64,000 nt of DNA, from NCBI RefSeq assembly GCF_964355755.1, contig NC_092670.1, positions 7,430,201 to 7,494,200 on the forward strand, given 5' to 3'. Position numbers and translations under genes: made by a program. How positions within the stretch are numbered: position 1 is the first letter of the stretch; every line of letters starts with the position of its first letter. Below the pieces are notes generated by a model. It worked only from the letters and a program-made list of their open reading frames with translations. It was not told the origin of the DNA and made no database searches. This document shows, piece by piece, positions 51,030 through 63,460 of the stretch. This DNA comes from Antedon mediterranea. Lineage: Eukaryota > Animalia > Echinodermata.

Positions 51030-54000
51030 GTTATAATTTGAAACGATATTTAAAATGCCATCATGATGAAGCTAGCTAGGCCTACTAGGCCTAGCCTAGC
51101 TAGGCTAGGCCTAGGTTAGGCCTAACCCTAGTCACTTAGTCCTAGGCCTACCTAAAGAAGAGGCTAGCCTACTAGGCCTAGGCCTCTAGTCTAGGCTAGA
51201 GGCCTACTAGAGACTAGAGCCTAGTTAGTAGCCACCTAACCTAGGCCTCTGTACCACAGACTGACATAGGCCAAAATAATGTAGGCCTAGCCTAGTTTAA
51301 TATAGTATAAAGCCAAGGGTAACTCATTGAATCATTTAAAAGGATTAAGGTAATTCCATATGGCCCATCATGGGTATGGCCCCCCTGGCTTCTTAGGGCC
51401 AGTAAACGAAATACAAAAACTAGTGTTATATAAATGTTTCTCTGTGTGCAAACAGAAATTTGATTAAAAAAATGTGGGGTTTTTTGGTGTTTGAAAAATT
51501 GTTTTGTAAACAATGTTTTAGCCTAAATATTTGGTTTTCCAGAGATAATACATCGCGCACGCTATTTGCGATAAACCTTATTTGGCTAATATTAATAAAG
51601 GTCTGTGACTAATATTAATAAAGGTCTGTGACTGCAGTTGTTACAAATGGTTGCTCTACGGTTTTATTTAGCCTAGGAATTCTGTGCACAATCATTTCTG
51701 CAAATTGCACATAACACTAAAAATGGGTTACATGACCCTTAGCACTTTATTATAGGCCCTGGCCCTTCCACTACACTATTTCAATTAATTTATGGCAAGG
51801 GTGCATCATTTTTAAGGCATACAAACATGACTGACAAGAACACTGTCTCTTGTGTCCAATGCACTTTGCATCAAGGTCAGACTATCTTTACTTACCACCG
51901 TGACATGAGACTAATCCTAAAGGTAATCTCAGTACAGTGAGAAAGTGCATTAGCAACCTATACAGAATAGAATTGTTTTTAGTCGCGTGGAAGCGACTCT
52001 ATAGTTCACTATGTCGGTCGGTCTGTCGGTCCGGTATCACTATGCGTTTTATCGCTTTCTGACCTTATCTTGATATCAGTTTAATCTAGCTAGGTCAATT
52101 TTTCACAGTATATTCCTTATGGCCAGGAATCGATGTGGTTATGTTTTCACGGTGCGCAATAAAAAATTACGCGGTCTACGCACGATTTAACGAAATCACG
52201 TTTGTAATCATATCTTCACAACCATGAATCACAATTAAATAAAATTTGGTACTCATAAATTTCAGGGCATAAATCATCATATGGCAATACAATTACGTGC
52301 GTAACATATTTTTGCGTGCATATTTTTGCGCGCGCACTACGCGTTTAATGTTATTGCGCACTCTTTTTGCCCAATTTCTGTTTTCTTGACTTACTTTTCA
52401 ACTCGAAATTACGTTATACGAGCACGTCAAAAGTGACAGGCTACGCACGTGTAAATTAAAAAAATATAAATGTTTTTAAACATTTCAACATTTTTAAACA
52501 TGTTTAGTAATTTTGGTCAGTATAGTTCACTATGTCGGTCTGTCTGTCTGTCGGTCTGTCTGTCGGTCTGTCTGTCGGTCCGGTATCACTATGCATTGTA
52601 GCACGCGACTTAATGGCTGTTGGCCTTGTTAATGTAGGTCTTTCTATATAGGGCATACTGTTTCTACATGAACTTTACATTACACTGTAATTTGTTTAAA
52701 TTCCCTCAATAGAACATCATTTCGAATAAATTATATTGTTATTTAGGTTCAGTCATTGATTACTTACCGTGACCACCTGAGACTAATCCTAAAGGTAATC
52801 TCAGTACAGTGAGAAAGTGCATTAGCAAAAGCTAGCTCAACCTATACAGAACATAATTATTTTTAATTTTAATTTTTTCTATATAGGGCATACTGTTTGT
52901 ACATGAACTTTATACTGTATTCCATCAATAGAACACCATTTTGAAAAATTATATTGTAAAAGAATTCATTGATTGATATGGTTGACAATTCACCTAGCAT
53001 TTTGATACAATTGCTACTGTATTTTATCACTTCTTGATATTTATTGTGTTGTATTTTTCATATCTAGGGGTATTTATTTGATTTATTATTCATGTTACCA
53101 TATTACACCCAAAAAAACCAAACACCTCCGTTTTTTTAATCTGATGTTTTGTAAAGATGATGATGATGATCAATGTATCAAAACATTATTAATCTGCTTT
53201 TTATTTTGACTATTAGGGCATCAATTATGTGTTTGGAATTGTGGGATATCCAGTTGCTGAGTTAGCATCTGCAATGCAAACATCCGGCATCAACTATTAT
53301 GGAATGAGGAATGAGCAGGCAGTATGTTTTAAACATTAATTTGAAGAAAACATAGCTCATTGAAGCACTTGGTTTCTAATTACTAGCATAGAACCTTCTC
53401 ATCAATACAGAAAACATCACCTGTATTATTAAAATCCACATGTAGTTTTTTAAAAGATGGGCAATCGTATTTTAACTCTGTACAACCACCAATCGCACCC
53501 ATTGTCAATGCTAAATTGTGTGGGAAATCTTTGTAAATACAGTTGATATTGCAATACTTCAGATTTCCTTGCACTTCTGATCAGACTGCTAGTTCTATGA
53601 ATATTAGCACTGCTTGGCTAAAACTTTAACCTGTGACATTTAAAAAATTAAAAGTATCATCGTGTCTGAAAGTGATTAAAGTCTTTTAAATCTTTCATGA
53701 TCACTAAAAATTAATGGATTTTAGAATAATTATAGTTTTTGTTTAATTCCAGAAAGTAGTCTGAACTTGTTCCTCATATCAATTTACAAACAAAACAGTC
53801 TATTCAAATCAAATATTAACTTCTATGTTGTTTATAACAGGCATGCTATGCAGCTTCTGTCATTGGCTATCTAACAGGCAGGTAAGGGAAAGGGTGTTAA
53901 GCCACGTCAAACTAAAGAGAGCACTATAGAGTTCTGCAGTGCTGACGTCACAACGGTAGGTCGCGCTGAGTGGTTGCTAGCTAACCAAAAAATGTGTCCT

Positions 54001-57000
54001 GCCTGAGTGACTCCAAGGTCACCAATGGTTTGGAATAGGCTTATTGAAGTAGTCATTTTAAAACTAAAATTTCAAAAGATCACTAAATATTTGTTTTTAA
54101 TAATCTATTTATTCTCCAACTACAGTTTAAGTTAAAACAAATCAAAGTAAGATACATAATTTGATAGAAATGCAGATTTATATAGTTTATCAACATAGCG
54201 TTGAATGCATTCTTTGGTTGGCTGGCAACCACGCAGCGCCATCTATCATTGTGACGTCACACCGCAGAACTCTATTAAAATAAATCACAGAAGAGTGGGT
54301 ATGCTAGTTGCTTTCCAGGTGTGGAAACAAAAAAAAAGAGTCTACAGAGTAAATGTATACAATATCTGGATATTTATTCCAGCATATCCAAAAAGAAACT
54401 TAACCTAATATCTAGAGGCAAGAGATTGAAACTACCGCAATACGGTGGAACCGTAATTAAGTAGCCATAACATCACTCGCTCCATGGTTCTGGTGGTAGA
54501 ACGAGTCTTCTCGGATAAGGACTATAAACCGTAGGTCCAGTGTACACATAGCTCATGCGCACTTTAAAGAACCTAGTACATCTTTCGAGACGAGTAGGGG
54601 GTTACCCCGGTGTACTAGTCCACACAAACACAGCCACTGTCACACACAGCCACTGTGCAAATTGGGACTGGACCGTTTTAGAGGTGTTTACCACCTGTTG
54701 GTCCAGATCCTTCACTAACTGAGTTAGTGAGAAGTCGAATAAATAAATAAAATAAAATAAAAAATTATCAAGATAAACATTTTAAAAATGACAGTGTTAC
54801 TAGTTTGTCTCTCCTTAATGTCATGTATGGAAATATTGGAAACAATTCTTCTGGTTGAAATCATCTCTGAACCTAGTTTCTTTATTGAATACAGTTAGGG
54901 GTGGTAGGTAAAAAATAAAGGGTCAATTACCAAGTATCATGTTTTGTAGCAAAACAAAATGGAAAATACATGCAAATTATAAATTTTTTGTAGGCCTGCT
55001 GTGTGTTTGGTTGTGTCAGGACCTGGTATGTTGCATACTATTGGCGGCCTAGCAAATGCAACAATTAATTGCTGGTAAGTAATTTTCATTCTGGATGGGA
55101 TTTTGTTTAAAATGAGCACAAATAGAATCCAAACAAATAATTCAAATATTAAAGATGCACATGACACACTTTGAATTTCTAATCACATGGATACTGTTCA
55201 CAGGCATCCAGCAAGGAGTTGTAAATACAACCCCCTGCATCCAGCAAGGAGTTGTAAATACAACCCCCTGCATCCAACAAGGAGTTGTAAATACAACCCC
55301 CTGCATCCAGCAAGGAGTTGTAAATACAACCCCCTTCACTCAGCATTGTACTTTATCACATAAATTCAGTCCCTTGATCTACCTTTTCATTGACTACAAT
55401 TTATTGTCGCTGCTCTAAAACTCTGGAACCAACTTCCCATTGACTGTACATAAATCGTGCTCTCCCTAAGTCTCGGGTCAAATCCAATATTTTCTCATTG
55501 TTTTAATTTCTCATTCATTTCTTTAAAAAAAAAATGTTAGGGGGTTACCCCGGTGTATTAGTACATCACAGCCACTGATCACCAACTGGGCCCTCTGGGA
55601 GACCAGTCTTCGACTGAAGAGGTTACCTAGCTAGTATTTCAATCAATCTTTATTTGGTTGTGGTTTAAGTGCATAGAGAGGATTTACTATATAGCATTAC
55701 TTTATTTCATGTTATAAAGTTTTATTTGTCTTACAATAGTTTAATTTTCTTGCATATTATTATGGATCTATTTTAACTGTTTATGTTGTATGGCGTGAGT
55801 GGAGAATATGTTTGGGCTTTTGCCTATATTCTCATTCCTGGTTATTTTTCATTGGTGACTGAATAAATATTATTATGATTATGATCAACATCACTAATGA
55901 CGGCTTGTGTATCAACTCTTATATGCAATTGTATGTACAAAGGGCCTACATTAGTTTGGTATGCATTAACTAATAATAGCTCCTTAATTTTATAGGCCAG
56001 TGATTGTGATAGGTGGGGCAAGTGATGCAGATAAGGATGGTTTAGGATCATTTCAGGAGTGGCCTCAGGTAATTTATGAAAATGCTAAGAAAAGATTTGA
56101 CTTCAATTTATAATAGATTGGGAGCTCTTCTACACAGTTTATTGACTATACTATCAACATGCTATAGTCATCAGTGATCCCCAAGTTTAAACAATTTGGC
56201 ATTTGGTAATTATATTCAGTCAATATTTTCCACTCACTTTTAACTAAATACTTTATAGTATTATGTAACAAAAATATAATTTATTTAATAATTTTTTTTT
56301 AGGTTGAAAGTGCAAGGCTTTATACCAAGTACACCGCAAGACCCAGTAGTATTGCTCAAATACCTATTTTTGTTGAAAGGGTAATTTTCAATACGTTTAC
56401 TACACATGAAAAAAACTTAATGTGATGAATAGCAATGTATAATGTAGCAACCAGAATCGATTTAGTTACCATAAACTTTGATTTGCAGTAAGGTTAACAT
56501 GACCGGTGGTAGTCACTGTGATTATGTATGGTTCGAATCATCGCTTACTATCACTTTTAAATTTACTGCAACAATCTTGTTACTATATTGCAGGCAGTAC
56601 GAATGAGTATAAGCGGACGTCCAGGAGCAGCATACTTGGATTTACCTGGTGATATGTTACTGGGAACTACACCAACCTCAAGTATAAGGTAAGATCATAT
56701 CCAAGTTTAATACAGTATCTTAAATAGAATATGATGATTAGTAAAATGTGATTCTTTTAATAATTGCAGTCACTCAGAAATACTTTATTCACATCACAAC
56801 CAACTATTTTATTCTAGTTTCAAATTGCATACACATTCAATTTTAGTGAGTGTCGTAGAATAGTATTAAAACCTTATTTTAATGTTTACGACCGATATGT
56901 ATAAATCTCTTCATTCTTGCATACACATAATCTTTGAACATCGTTGTGAGGTGGTTTCTGTTGCCAGTTGTTTTATAGCTCCTTTCTACTTTGGGCTAAT

Positions 57001-60000
57001 TTAAATTTTCTAGATAACCAATCTTGATACTAGCATGTAAGATATGCCTGGTATTGGCCAAGATGTCAGAAAGTCCAGTCAATGGAATTTGAGAGTAGAT
57101 CCAAAAATAGCCACCTCAATTGGAACCTTAACATAACAATATTCTAATGTACAGTAATAATGTGTGCGTAATCAAAATATTTCTTCAATTCTCCTAGGCA
57201 TATAGGTAAATGTCCTGATCCTGACCCTATACTTGCTCATCTTCCAAAGGTCAGGGAGGTCACTAAACTTCTGACCAGTTCTAAAAGACCATTAGTTGTA
57301 GTTGGCAAAGGTAAGTTAAATTAAAGTATCTGCATTTTGTTCTTCTTGTCTATATACCTTGAATGACATGTGACCATCTAGTTTCTACAAATTATACTCA
57401 TTTGTCCATCATAACAATAAACCTTGTTTTGATTTATATCAACTTATACTGTAGGCTAGATACATATGTTTGTCTTAATTTACAATTATAATGTTTTATT
57501 ACCAGGTGCAGCATATGCAAATGCATCAGATGAAATATGCAAATTTATAAACAAATATGCATTGCCTTTCCTACCAAGTCCAATGGGTAAAGGAGTTGTT
57601 CCTGATGATCATAGGTTATGTGTCAGTGCAGCAAGATCCAAGTGAGTACTGTAGTGCAAAACAAATTTATTTTTCTACTTCATTTATGTTATTTCTTTTG
57701 TTAGTCATTAACTATTAGAAGTATTGTTTATGTTGTTTTGGTAGTGTTAGTCAATGTCTGGGTCCACCACTGATTACCCATTGAATTGTGTTGTTTCTAC
57801 AGAGCTCTTTTAAATGCAGATTTGGTTATCTTGCTTGGTGCTCGTCTCAACTGGATTATGCATTTTGGTCAACCACCACGCTTCAGTCGAACTACAAAAT
57901 TTATCCAGGTCAGTCTTTAATTAAAACTCCACACACCCAACCACTACTAACTCCTACTGACTAGCCAGTTGTCTTGCTTTGTGACTGTCTCCACAGGATT
58001 ATGCATTTTGGTCAACCACTATGCTTTAGTCAAACTACAACTTTTATCTAGGTCAGCCATAACTTTTAACCAGTTCATATTTTGTTCACTCTATGTTGTC
58101 ATTTCTCTCTTTTAAAAAGCAAACTTGACCACTTTCATGTAGATTGATCTCTGCCCTGAAGAACTGTACAATAGTTGTGGTAGTGGTCAGATATTAGGAG
58201 TTCAGGGAGATCTGAAGGCTGTTATGCAACAGGTAAGAAACTCTTATCATCACAACACATCTAAGAAGTAACATAGTTACAATCGTTGCATAATTGATCG
58301 TGTAATAAACCTTTTATATAGATTGTTTAACAGTTTTGTTTTTTTTTTGTCAAATGAAGGTTAGACTTGTTTCTTGTATTTGTAGTTGTTTGGTTGTGCC
58401 AGAATGGTGCAAATACAGAATGGTGTTTGTTGCTATGATTATCCAATATAAACTAGAGGGCTAAATGAATTATAAGCATGGTATAATGAAAAAAATATGT
58501 ATACAATATGTAGAATATGTAGATGATAATGAACTTTGACCATTTTGTTGCAGATCGAGGAGCAAATGTGTATGATGTACCGATCATGGTGTTACCCTAG
58601 CAACACAGAATGGTGGATGATGCTAAGTGAGAAGGTTGAGAGCAATAAAGCTTTAAATCAAAAACTAGCTAAAGTTGAATCTGTACCTATGAACTATTAC
58701 ACAGTGCTACATAGGGTAAGAAAGACTTAAGTCAAACACTAGCTAACATTGAATCTGTACCAATGAACTATTACATAGTGCTACATAGGGTAAGAAATAC
58801 TTAAGTGAACACTAGCAAAAGTTGAATATGTACCTATGAACACAGTGCTACGTAGGATAAGAAAGACTTAAGTAAAAAAATAGCCAAAGTTGAATATATA
58901 CCTATGAACTATGACATAGTCCTACATAGGGTAAAGAAGTAAGAGCCTAAGAGTTTTTAAAATAATTGAAAATTATATGCTGTTCGGTTACCACCTATAA
59001 ATCACCATTTTTCTTTAAATCACTCCCAAACACACTACAATTACACCACAGCTGATCACACAATAGGATGCCTGTTTGAATAAGCTACTACTTTATACAC
59101 TGTTTATATAATCTTATAGCTGAATGTACTCAAATTAAAAATAAAACATTTATTCCTAAAGTATATGTTTCCATTATAGATACAATCTGCAATTCCAAAA
59201 GATGCAATCATTGTAAGTGAGGGTTCTAATACTATGGATATTGGTAGAACTGTTCTGCAGAATTATCTTCCCAAACACAGGTAATAAAGATTCTAATTTA
59301 TTTAATTTATTATTTATACAGTAGAACTTATATTATGTGTACACATTCAGGACCCAACAAAGTGTCTCTATAGGGAGTTTACACTGAATATGGGTTGGTC
59401 CTGGTGTAACATACCAACATATATTTTCCCGTGTTTACTTGACAGGAAAATGTTTCTTTATCCCCTATAGGTGTCCCTTACCAGAGTAGTATTATTAATA
59501 ATTCTATTATTATAGGTTAGATGCCGGAACGTTTGGCACTATGGGAGTTGGACTTGGCTACGCTATTGCTGCTGCTGTTCTAGCTCGCGACCTTTGGCCT
59601 GAGAAGCGAGTGGTTTGTGTAGAAGGTGATAGTGCTTTTGGTTTTTCAGGGATGGAACTTGAAACTGTTTGCAGGTACTTGATCATTTTCTACGATCTAA
59701 TCATTATCAGCGTTATATAACTTGGTACACTATTCAAAATGAGTAGGGGATCAACTACCTGTGTACTGATCTAGGTATGCTGGTTGCTATGTGTCTGTGG
59801 TGGAAGGCCTAAGCTGAATTTCTTCAGTTTTCATTTGATAAAAAAGTGACATTTATGTTTTTCAGGTATCGATTACCAATAGTGTTTATTGTGGTTAATA
59901 ACAATGGCATAACGATGGGTGTTAATGATGATATTTATAAAAGCATTTCAGTCGAAGACAGACCCACACAGTAAGTGTCTAATTTACTCTTATGTAAATT

Positions 60001-60971
60001 TAGGCATAGGTTTATTTTTTATTTTTTACACAGAAGGAGGCCAAAGTTGAATACGTCAACTGTGGACATAGATTGTAATAATATGTTTCTGGATGTGCTT
60101 ATGTTTGGTTAGCATAATGTGGAACCTCCTAAATACAAACCCATATCCATGTGCCGTGTTTGAAAATTCAAAGTGCCCTTTTCAAACTACAGACTAGCAG
60201 TAAAAATGATTGTAGATTTTAGCCAGTATAAAAATACATAATATATGATGTACACAGACTGATATAAACTAAACTATGACATAATATAGTAGTAGTACAT
60301 CAAAATGCCAGCCTCACCCGGCAACCAGCCAATTATAATGTACACTTGTGTAATATATTATTTCAGACTGCTTCCATTTGTGCTGACCCCTGATGTGAGA
60401 TATGATCAAATGATGGAATCATTAGGTGGCAAAGGTTTCTTTGTTAAAACACCAGCTGCTTTAGAGGATGTGCTGGCTAGGTGCTTCAATGGAGATATGA
60501 GGAATGAACCAGTATTAATCAATGTCATGATTGATCCATTTGCTGACAAAAAACCTCAGGTAATTATAATCAAACACAATTACATAACATAAAAGATAGC
60601 ATTGTAGTAACTTGTGTTCAGGAGGAAAAGGACCCGGGTTTAGAACTCTTAAGGGGCCTTCCAACGCTGGGTAGTTGCATTGGACTGTTCATGCTCTGGA
60701 GCCCCATAAGGTTTGGCCTACTTTTGTGATGTGATGAATGTGCTATTGTTATTTCTATCATTAGGTGGCCTGAGATATCCTAGTTATCTAGATTTAGCAA
60801 AGACATCTTTAGGTCTTTGTTAGATCGTTTCTAGACACAACTATACAGTAGTTCTTGTTGCTGTCTTGTGCAATTTTAAAATGTGCATTTTGCAATAGTC
60901 AGTGTAGAAAATAAGGGACCATTACTTTTCCATTGTAGGACTTCCAGTGGCTTGACCGTTCAAAACTATGA
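50967..60971 (+). CDS. HACL1: 2-hydroxyacyl-CoA lyase 1 (TPP-dependent, peroxisomal), 17 exons, about 577 aa
   Basis: join(50967-51029,53217-53321,53841-53881,54994-55074,55996-56068,56303-56380,56594-56688,57198-57310,57506-57641,57803-57908,58143-58232,58554-58715,59180-59280,59516-59674,59866-59970,60367-60559,60939-60971) = 1734 nt, open, all GT-AG. Motifs [63 protein letters not shown]...NNNG and C-terminal SKL. Confidence 0.97.
51075..51295. repeat. Dense TAGGCCTA/TAGCCTA low-complexity cluster
   Basis: Many irregular TAGGCCTA, TAGGCTA and CTAG words at the start of intron 1. Confidence 0.85.
51886..52960 (+). repeat. Intronic tandem duplication of about 200 bp, first copy split by a HINE
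   Basis: 51886-51975 matches 52760-52850, and 52640-52740 matches 52875-52960. Confidence 0.8.
51976..52630 (+). mobile_element. Helentron-associated non-autonomous element (HINE/DINE-1-like)
   Basis: T-rich insertion site, subterminal inverted repeat AGTCGCGTG / CACGCGACT, (GTCG/GTCT)n microsatellites, short 3' hairpin GGCTGTTGGCC and CTTGTT end. Confidence 0.75.
53217..53321 (+). CDS. HACL1: HACL1 exon 2
   Basis: [35 protein letters not shown]. Confidence 0.95.
53841..53881 (+). CDS. HACL1: HACL1 exon 3
   Basis: [14 protein letters not shown]. Confidence 0.95.
53926..54275. mobile_element. MITE of about 350 bp
   Basis: TIRs of about 70 bp: ATAGAGTTCTGC..TGACGTCACAA..GTGGTTGC..AACCAAA mirrored at 54205-54275. 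Confidence 0.75.
54415..54765 (+). mobile_element. Deu-domain SINE (partial copy also at 55535-55630)
   Basis: cttctcggataaggactataaaccgtaggtcc...gagtagggggttaccccggtgt resembles the SINE3/AmnSINE Deu domain. Ends in an (AATA)n tail. Confidence 0.75.
54994..55074 (+). CDS. HACL1: HACL1 exon 4
   Basis: [27 protein letters not shown]. Confidence 0.95.
55204..55335. repeat. 33-bp tandem repeat x4
   Basis: Unit GCATCCAGCAAGGAGTTGTAAATACAACCCCCT. Confidence 0.95.
55996..56068 (+). CDS. HACL1: HACL1 exon 5
   Basis: [24 protein letters not shown]. Confidence 0.95.
56303..56380 (+). CDS. HACL1: HACL1 exon 6
   Basis: [26 protein letters not shown]. Confidence 0.95.
56594..56688 (+). CDS. HACL1: HACL1 exon 7
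   Basis: [32 protein letters not shown]. Confidence 0.95.
57198..57310 (+). CDS. HACL1: HACL1 exon 8
   Basis: [38 protein letters not shown]. Confidence 0.93.
57506..57641 (+). CDS. HACL1: HACL1 exon 9
   Basis: [45 protein letters not shown]. Confidence 0.95.
57803..57908 (+). CDS. HACL1: HACL1 exon 10
   Basis: [35 protein letters not shown]. Confidence 0.95.
57997..58051 (+). pseudogene. Partial duplicate of the HACL1 exon 10 3' half (pseudo-exon)
   Basis: gattatgcattttggtcaaccac...ttatctag|gtcag copies 57855-57913 and is preceded by tgtctccacag. Confidence 0.8.
58143..58232 (+). CDS. HACL1: HACL1 exon 11
   Basis: [30 protein letters not shown]. Confidence 0.93.
58554..58715 (+). CDS. 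HACL1: HACL1 exon 12
   Basis: [54 protein letters not shown]. Confidence 0.92.
58662..58935 (+). repeat. Tandem repeat x4 (about 70 bp) of the exon 12 end plus its splice donor
   Basis: Unit ctagctaaagttgaatctgtacctatgaactattacacagtgctacatagggtaagaaagacttaagt... Confidence 0.9.
59180..59280 (+). CDS. HACL1: HACL1 exon 13
   Basis: [34 protein letters not shown]. Confidence 0.95.
59516..59674 (+). CDS. HACL1: HACL1 exon 14
   Basis: [53 protein letters not shown]. Confidence 0.97.
59866..59970 (+). CDS. HACL1: HACL1 exon 15
   Basis: [35 protein letters not shown]. Confidence 0.95.
60367..60559 (+). CDS. HACL1: HACL1 exon 16
   Basis: [29 protein letters not shown]...[18 protein letters not shown]. 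Confidence 0.95.
60939..60971 (+). CDS. HACL1: HACL1 exon 17 (terminal)
   Basis: [10 protein letters not shown], ending in a PTS1 signal. Confidence 0.93.
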   Translation, partial: DFQWLDRSKL

Positions 60972-61091
60972 TGCGAATAATGAAACCACAAGATTAAGAG
61001 AGCTGATTGAAAAATAAAAGCAGAAAGATTTTATCCAAGATTGATGAGTTGAATAAAGGTGACAGACAAATTATTGCATGCAATATTCTTT

Positions 61092-61545
61092 ATGAGGAAA
61101 ATCAATCTCATTTGAGGTTAATCAATCTAATGTGAGGAAAATCAATCTATGGTGAGGAAAATCAATCTAATGTGAGGAAAATCAATCAGATTTGAGGTTA
61201 ATTAATCTGATTTGAGGAAAATCAATCAGATTTGAGGAAACTCAATATAATGTGAGGAAAATCAATATTATGAGGAAAATCAATCAGATTTGAGGAAACT
61301 CAATATAATGTGAGGAAAATCAATATTATGAGGAAAATCAATCAGATTTGAGGAAAATCAATCTGTGAGGAAAATCAATCAGATTTGAGGAAAATCAATC
61401 AGATTTGAGGAAACTCAATCAGATTTGAGGAAAATCAATCAGATTTGAGGAAAAAAAATCCAATGTGATAAAATTAATCTAATGTTAGGAAAATCAATCT
61501 ATTGTGAGGGAAATCAATGAAATGCGAGAAAATCAATCTAAAGTG
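61092..61545 (+). repeat. Minisatellite of about 20 bp, (TGAGGAAAATCAATCAGATT)n, downstream of the HACL1 stop
   Basis: More than 20 variant units. AATAAA at 61013 and 61052 (upstream) and at 61730 and 61750 (downstream). Confidence 0.9.
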
Positions 61546-63460
61546 TGCAAAACCTAATTATTTAGAAATTATATCAGCCCAATAATATTTATCCAATTGT
61601 TAAATCATGAACATTACGCAACCTATAACTACTAAATTGTTGTTATTTATTTAACCTGTTGATGATTTTTTGTTAATGTTAATTACACTGACTATCTCAT
61701 AAACTTCAACATTGAAACAAACTTATCATAATAAATATGGTATTGCAGTAATAAAAAAAAAGCGAATCTGCAGTAGAATCATTTTACATGATCCCTAATG
61801 TATTTAAAACAAGAATTTAAGTGTACATTATGTATGTAGTTTTAATTGAAACTGAATTATGTAATTACAGAAAACAATCAGAGTTATTACTGTGAAGTAA
61901 TTTACTACCGAATACAAAATACCAATAATGAAATACTCAGGGAGTCTGTTTGTAGCAGATATCTTATAGTGTAAATGGAGGGATTAATGTTACTAAATAA
62001 AGATTAGTAAAATCAGACTTTGAATAGGCCATTTTGTAGTTTAATCACAAAGTTAATCATGGTCAAATTCAAAGCTGGCAGCCAATTTGACTATGTTTTG
62101 CTTTAAACACATTTTTTCAGATAATTTTTTTTCTCTAATTTGTGACATTAAAATGGCATACAACAACAAAATTATTAAAGTTAAAGATGACACAAAAGGT
62201 GTTTTCATTATATCAATCGTTTTGATGAGAGTTGTAGTTGTCCCCCAAAACACGAAAAATAAAGATGAATGAAATTAAACTTTTGAGTAAGCAAATTTGT
62301 ATTTTTAATCAAGTTATTCATTTCTGCACACAAAAAATAATTTCTAAATTTAACCAAAAACATGTAGGCTTTCTTTTTATTTTTTATTTTATTTGTGATT
62401 TTTTTTTTCAGGTGAATAATTTTATATTCACTTTTTGATCAAAGTGACAGTATTAAAAAAAATCGACGGACATCTAAGTCAAGATATAGCAGTTGAGTAA
62501 ACAAAATGGAAGGTTAATTTATCAAACCAGTTCTTTTCAACTTAAGGAATGGATTTCGATTTAGACCAATCACGACACAATAGATCACCTAAATTTTTAT
62601 AACGCCACATATATTGTAATGTTCAGAGGCCCTTGACAAAGTTAAACAGCAAATGCTTCTATTTGTATAAGTGAGTTTTTTTAAAGATATCTTCTGAAGT
62701 CTTTATGTCTATGGTAATACGTTTCTTAAAATGGTGCATAGGAAAATGCACTTGTGATTGGTCAACTCGTTGCGTTGCATTCAAGTGGGAAACCAAGCAT
62801 TACTTTTAAGCACAAATGCTCAATGGATAGCATTTACTTTTTATAATATTCTTACAAATGGTCCGTGGTGATAATAATCTAGAAAGGCCTTATATAACAT
62901 ATTTATTAATTTCAAATATATACGTTTTTTTTGTTTGTTTTTTGACAAATGTGCTTAATATACAAATAGTTTCAATATAAATTCAAAATATAGTCACTTA
63001 ACATCATTTTGGAAATGGGGTGGAAACATGGGAATATGAGTAGGCATACTTGGAAATTGCACTAATATCAGTTAGCAGTACTTTTTTTACTCCACTTTAT
63101 ATGCAGTTAAATCAATGTTTCTTCATTTATCCATGGTATAATCTTAGCATGAGTACCAATAGTAGTGTGAGGGAGAGTGTGCCTCTCTAAACCAGATTAA
63201 CAACTTGTTGCTTGTCTAATGTTTCTTCATTTATCCATGGTATAATCTTGGCATGTTGAAGAGTCGCACATTGAAATTTATCAAACCACGTCACGTCAAG
63301 AATGGAAATCCACGTCCAGTACAGTAGTGTTGAGTGCTGAAATGGACACGTTGTCAACAACTTCCAACATTGTGCTCCTCATTGTCCTTCAGATGTACAA
63401 TATATAATTCGTCTAACCACTTCTTAACCAATTTGAGCAAGTACGGTAATTAGCCATGCT

